From Eledone cirrhosa (lineage: Eukaryota): DNA of 24,064 nucleotides. The DNA is taken from contig CAXHJY010000685.1 of the NCBI GenBank assembly GCA_964016885.1, positions 1 to 24,064 on the forward strand. The letters are read 5' to 3'. Position 1 is the first letter of the stretch; each line of letters begins with the position of its first letter. A program made the translations under genes and the position numbers. Below, in pieces: positions 19,698-24,064 of this stretch. The notes beneath the pieces were generated by a model, which did not search any database, was not told where the DNA came from, and saw only the letters and a list, made by a program, of their open reading frames with translations.

Positions 19698-20412
19698 TGA
19701 TTTCATTTATTGGCCACAAGGGCCGACATATAGGGGACAACACAATAGACAGGGACAGTGGGGGTTTACATAGAGATCGAGTAAGTATAAATAACAAAAA
19801 AACAAAAACAAAATAACAATAAAAATACAACAATGAAAGTTCCCCAATAAGAGGGATCACCACCCAGGGTTGACTCAAGCACCCCACCAGTCCTGAGCCA
19901 CCCGACGCTCCTAGGGCACCCGGGAAGGGCACCCCTCTCCTTCTCGAATTCACCAGCCTACAGGCGCATGATCAGAGTAGGCCCACTCACGCGGGCCATT
20001 CTCGCCACATTCACCCACCTTTCAGTAAATGTACTGGGGGGCAGCACTTCTCTCTCCACCCTCACCTTCCTTTCCAAGTGAAACTTGAAGAAGTTGATGA
20101 GGGATTGGCCGAAGAGAAAAGTGTCTGTCTTCAGTCCTTTCAACCTGGTCCACCATGCAACCTCTTTCGCTACTGCCACCAGGCAGAGGAAAATTGCCTG
20201 CCCTTCCTGACCAAAAGAAGGCGGCGGGTCAATCTTCACTATGGACTCGGACGATAGCCGGATCCGTTCTACACGCGACAATAGCTGTTCGACATAACCC
20301 CCACAAGTCAGCAATGCACGGACACTGGACGAGTGCGTGCAGAACGGTTTCGTCGCTCTGCGCGCATCTCGGGCAGGTTCGTCTGACAGCACTTCCGTGC
20401 CTGTGCTTGTGA
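19698..20412 (-). mobile_element. L1/Tx1-like LINE 3' fragment (copy 4) with CCHC zinc knuckle, frameshifted
   Basis: Minus translation RTCPRCAQSDETVLHALVQCPCIADLW / GYVEQLLSRVE...FLCLVAVAKEVAWWTRLKG...RWVNVARMARVSGPTLIMRL*; C-x2-C-x8-H-x4-C is the ORF2 C-terminal motif of L1/Tx1 elements. Confidence 0.85.
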
Positions 20413-20677
20413 AGAATCATATAACCTCTGGTAAATACAAAACTAGGTTAGAGGAAGAAATTTGAAAGAAATCAAAAAAAATCTCATTAATGCAAAGATG
20501 AAAGATGTTAGAAAGGAATTGAGAAAAGTTGTATGTTGCTACTTATGACAAAAGGAGCAAAGCTGTGTTGATAGCTGAAGAAAACACCTTCTCATATTTA
20601 CATAGCATTATGTTCTGAGTTTAAATCTTGCTATGGGTCAATTTTACATTTCATATTTCCAGGGTTGATGATATAGA

Positions 20678-20775
20678 CTAGAGGTTCCAAAACATTTTGG
20701 GTCACTGCCCCCCTCACAGCTATGTAATACCCTCACTGCCCCACACCGCTATTTCCAAAGAGCCCAGTCTACATG
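20678..20775 (+). mobile_element. Possible hAT (Charlie-like) MITE left end
   Basis: TAGAGGTTCCAAAACATTTTGGGTCACTGCCCCCCT resembles the CAG(T/A)GGTTCCCAAACTTTT termini; no matching right end found. Confidence 0.35.
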
Positions 20776-20890
20776 CAAATTGTAAATAATATGTAATAAA
20801 TATAATTGTTAATTTATATATAATAAATAATATAATATATACTATGTACAAATAAATATTATATTATATTTTTTTTCAGCCCTTTTACTT

Positions 20891-21230
20891 AAACCTCCTT
20901 TGCATACTCATCTTAATAATTTGAAATATCTGACTTTTCTTCTCTTATCCCTTCACTATCCAAGGAAAACTTGAACTGTTAAGGTATATTCTCCTTGGTT
21001 ATGTCAAAATTTATAAAACACACTTCGTATTTTATCTGATGATAGCGTACCAAAATTTTGGTACCCTTGAAATGTATATAATAGAATAAATATGGTTTTA
21101 TAAATATAGTTTCCATTTATTTAATATCATTCTATATTATACTCCAGAAATCCTGTCGAGTGCTCTGAATCAGTTATAAACATTTATATTTGTTGAATTA
21201 CCAACAAATTGAATATCCCTTCTGCTTATA
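20891..21230 (+). mobile_element. Hammerhead-bearing ~340-bp repeat (Penelope-like pseudo-LTR)
   Basis: Same family as 7646-7978 and 1754-1978; contains the hammerhead at 21028-21088. Confidence 0.75.
21028..21088 (+). ncRNA. Minimal type I hammerhead ribozyme
   Basis: TATTTTAT CTGATGA TAGCGTACCAAAATTTTGGTACCCTT GAAA TGTATA TA ATAGAATA. Core intact; stem II GTACCAAAA/TTTTGGTAC. Confidence 0.75.
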
Positions 21231-21559
21231 AATAAATATTATATATTTTTTATTTTACTATATTTATATATGTATCATTTGATATTCAATATACTGTTAT
21301 ATCATTATGATGGAAGCTCTTTAGATAAATATCAGTACTTTAAAACAAACTTTTTTATATTGTAGAACCAGGGTTGGTTCCAAGTGGTTTGGAACATAAC
21401 TTAACAAGGGTTCTTACATAACATTATGATGGAAGGTTTTTCGATAAATATAAACACTTTAAAAAAAACTTTTCTTATTAATAGAACCAGGGGTGGTTTG
21501 GTATAAAAAAAGGTGAATCATCTTTACCTTTTATTATCAATGGGACCAATAGGGTGGGG

Positions 21560-21752
21560 TGGGGGTTGACGCTATAGGAAGAGGGTTGGACAACATACTT
21601 TGTGGCATGTAGCTATGGCCCTTTATGTTCTGAATTCAAATCCTACTAAAGTTAACTTTGCTTTTCATCCTTACAGAATCAACAAAAATAAAGTACCAGT
21701 AATGCACTGGGGTTGATTTAATCAACTTTCCCCTCCCCCAAGAAACCATTAT
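21560..21752 (+). mobile_element. tRNA-derived SINE, diverged
   Basis: GAATTCAAATCC...GTTAACTTTGCTTTTCATCCTTAC...AAATAAAGTACCAGTAATGCACTGGGG. Confidence 0.8.
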
Positions 21753-21980
21753 TAAAGGGGCCAATAACTAAGAATCAGTAAAGTACTGGGGTCAACAGAA
21801 TCATTAGTCAACTGTATTCCTTCCTTATAAATGAGAAGAGGTCAACTTGATTACATTGACCAGGGGTTAAACAACACCTCACGTGATCAAAAGACACTTG
21901 TATACTAATCTAGCCATAATTCTACCTTACATGGGATGGTGGAGTCATACACAAGAGGACAGGCTAAACAGTTCTAGGCA

Positions 21981-22250
21981 GACCAAGATACTCTCATGGA
22001 ATGACCAAATGAGGTTTATTTTTCAACACAGTCCTTAGGAAGAAACAAAGTAGTTATTAATAAGAAGAGTTGAAATTAATGCAAGATTTCACAGCTCTAG
22101 CATCACTACTTCATAAGCTGACCAAGATACTCTCATGGAATAAACAAATAAGGTTTATTTTTCAACATAGTCCCTGAAAAGTAACAATGCAGTTATTAAC
22201 AAGAAGAGTTGAAATGAATGCCTGCAAGATTTCACAGCTCCAACCTCACA
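21981..22250 (+). repeat. Two tandem copies of the ~137-bp dispersed repeat
   Basis: GACCAAGATACTCTCATGGAAT at ~21981 and ~22120. Confidence 0.8.
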
Positions 22251-22372
22251 CCTTCTTAGTCAGCCTATCTTTGTATCACATACGTCAGTACACACACCTA
22301 TTCCAGTTCTTAATTTCATATACTACAAAAAATATTTAGGAAAATTTCAAAAGATTATCCGCAGAGACCTAC

Positions 22373-22486
22373 CACAGTTGTTTTCATCGGAGTTATCGCC
22401 ACAGTCATTTTCCTCATCACACAGCCAAAATTTTGGGATGCAGTTTCCATTTTTGCACTTGACATTATGTTTAATGCATTCATCAG
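22373..22486 (-). CDS. Internal coding exon encoding one LDL-receptor class A (LDLa) module; LDLR/LRP-family gene
   Basis: Minus strand: acceptor ccatttattttcag, 114-nt exon, donor G|gtaggt, phase 1-1. Translation [38 protein letters not shown] has six Cys with LDLa spacing and the C-I-x3-W-x-C-D-x3-D-C-G-D-x-S-D-E calcium-binding motif. Confidence 0.95.
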
Positions 22487-22505
22487 CTGAAAATAAATGG
22501 TAATT

Positions 22506-22720
22506 CTATTACTGCAAACTAATAAGAAATAATTGTTTCTACTTGTGTACCAGTATATTACTGGTACAAAATAAGTACCAGTGTATCACTGGTACTATTA
22601 CTGCAAACTAATAAGAAATAATTGTTTCTACTTTTTGTACCAGTATATTACTGGTACAAAATAGTCCCAGTGTATTACTGGTACTATTACTGCAAACTAA
22701 TAAGAAATAATTGTTTCTAA
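22506..22720. repeat. 89-bp tandem duplication built from a SINE 3' end
   Basis: TATTACTGCAAACTAATAAGAAATAATTGTTTCTA recurs at ~22507, 22596 and 22685; starts ~20 bp upstream of the LDLa exon acceptor. Confidence 0.85.
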
Positions 22721-23290
22721 TTTAGGCACAAAGCCAGCAATTTGGTGGGAGAGGAAAGTCAATTAAATCAACCCCACTACATTACTGGTACTTTATTTTA
22801 TTGACCCCATAAGGATGAACGGCTAAGCTAACCTTGGCAGGATTTGAACACTGAACATAAAGGGCCATAACTGTATGTCACTAAGTATGTTTTCCAATGC
22901 TCTACCGATTCTGTCAATCCACCACCCTCACTGCAAAGTAATAATAAATAATTGTTTCTACTTTTGGCACAAGGCCAGCAACTACCCAGTGTATTACTGG
23001 TACTTTATTTATCGACCCCGTAAGGATGAAAGGCAAAGTTAACCTTGGCGGGATTTGAACTCAGAATGGCAAGGGCAGTAACTCTATGCGTCAAAGCATG
23101 GCGTCCGACCCTCTACCAGATACTGCCAATGCCCCGCCAAAGTAATAATAAATAATGATTTCTAAGATAGGCACAAGGCTACATATTTTTAGAGGACAAA
23201 TTAGTTCTGTTGAACCCCAGAACATCACTGGTACTTTATTTTATCAAACTATTTGACAGGATTTCAACACAGAACATAAAGAATTATAAG
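22710..23290 (-). mobile_element. Tandem cluster of three tRNA-derived SINE copies
   Basis: Copies at ~22710-22930, ~22950-23140 and a degenerate one at ~23158-23290. Confidence 0.85.
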
Positions 23291-23435
23291 TTTATTATAT
23301 ATTATATAGAAACTATATAATTCATTGGATGTAGCCTGATGATGTCCGTTATCCCCATAACCAGTAATTAGTGCAGGTCGATGGTTGTTTTGCTGGGTTT
23401 AGAAGGATGTGTGGGATTCAACTCTTCCTTGGGCA

Positions 23436-23535
23436 GTTTGGGTCAAGTGAGATCAAATGTTGGTCTATGGATTATGTTTGGGTCAAGTGAGATCAAATGT
23501 TGGTCTATGGATTATGTTTGGGTCAAGTGAGATCA
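23436..23535. repeat. 40-bp tandem repeat, 2.5 copies
   Basis: GGTCAAGTGAGATCA at 23441, 23481 and 23521. Confidence 0.9.
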
Positions 23536-23799
23536 TTAATTTGGACTGGATGTTGTGGTACCAACATAACTTTACATATATATATACATGCCTCAACACA
23601 AGGAATAAGATATACAAGCCATGCCCACCCAGATAGAACAAAAGATATTATCTGATTTTGGTCCCCAAATACCCAGACAGCCACCAGTTACCATGGATAC
23701 CATGGAGTCCAGCAGACAAACATGACAGACTTTCAGAAACTCAATAATGGATAACACTCCAGATTAAAAGGTAGAATATTTTACCTCACCTACACAGAC

Positions 23800-24064
23800 G
23801 TGTGTGTGTGTGTGTGTGTGTGTGGATGTGTGTACATATGTGGACTTGGACACATATGCACTAAGACACACACAGATATGTTTGTGTGTATGTGTGCATG
23901 TGTGTGTGTGTGCACATGGATATGTGTGTTTCCATTCATAGATGTAAATACATGTGTTTACTTATGTGTGTGTGTATGAATGCTGTATGTGTGTGTATGG
24001 ATGCCATGTGGGTGTATGAATGTCGTATGTGAGTGTGTGTGTGTGTGTATGAATGCCATGTGTG
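23800..24064. repeat. (TG)n degenerate microsatellite
   Basis: Direct reading. Confidence 0.95.

Noticed and set aside
22480-22486. CTGATGA on the minus strand at the start of the LDLa exon
   Set aside because: It is coding sequence (x-Asp-Glu) with no hammerhead stems.
23333-23360. CTGATGA followed by a small hairpin (GTTAT-CCCC-ATAAC) as a further hammerhead
   Set aside because: No GAAA after the stem and no stem I or III partner.

Overview
AT-rich, repeat-saturated eukaryotic (animal) genomic DNA. The SINE families and microsatellite load look like a coleoid cephalopod such as octopus; this is inferred from remembered repeat consensus and not checked. Host coding content is small: two symmetrical phase 1-1 exons on the minus strand (22373-22486 and 9015-9140), each encoding one LDL-receptor class A module, so the window is mostly intron of an LDLR/LRP-family gene. 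Neither exon is in the ORF track, and most listed ORFs are simple-repeat artefacts. The introns hold tRNA-derived SINEs, piggyBac-type TTAA MITEs, 3' fragments of four non-LTR clades (RTE, CRE-like, R4/Dong-like, L1/Tx1-like), minisatellites and microsatellites. The most notable signal is a ~340-bp non-coding repeat family present four times, each copy carrying an intact minimal type I hammerhead ribozyme core (CUGAUGA...GAAA, self-complementary stem III, AUA cleavage triplet). Two of these copies form a 288-bp head-to-head inverted repeat, as described for Penelope-like element termini. There is also a possible nested antisense gene (two phase-compatible plus-strand exons) and a possible internally deleted RTE derivative with structured ends.
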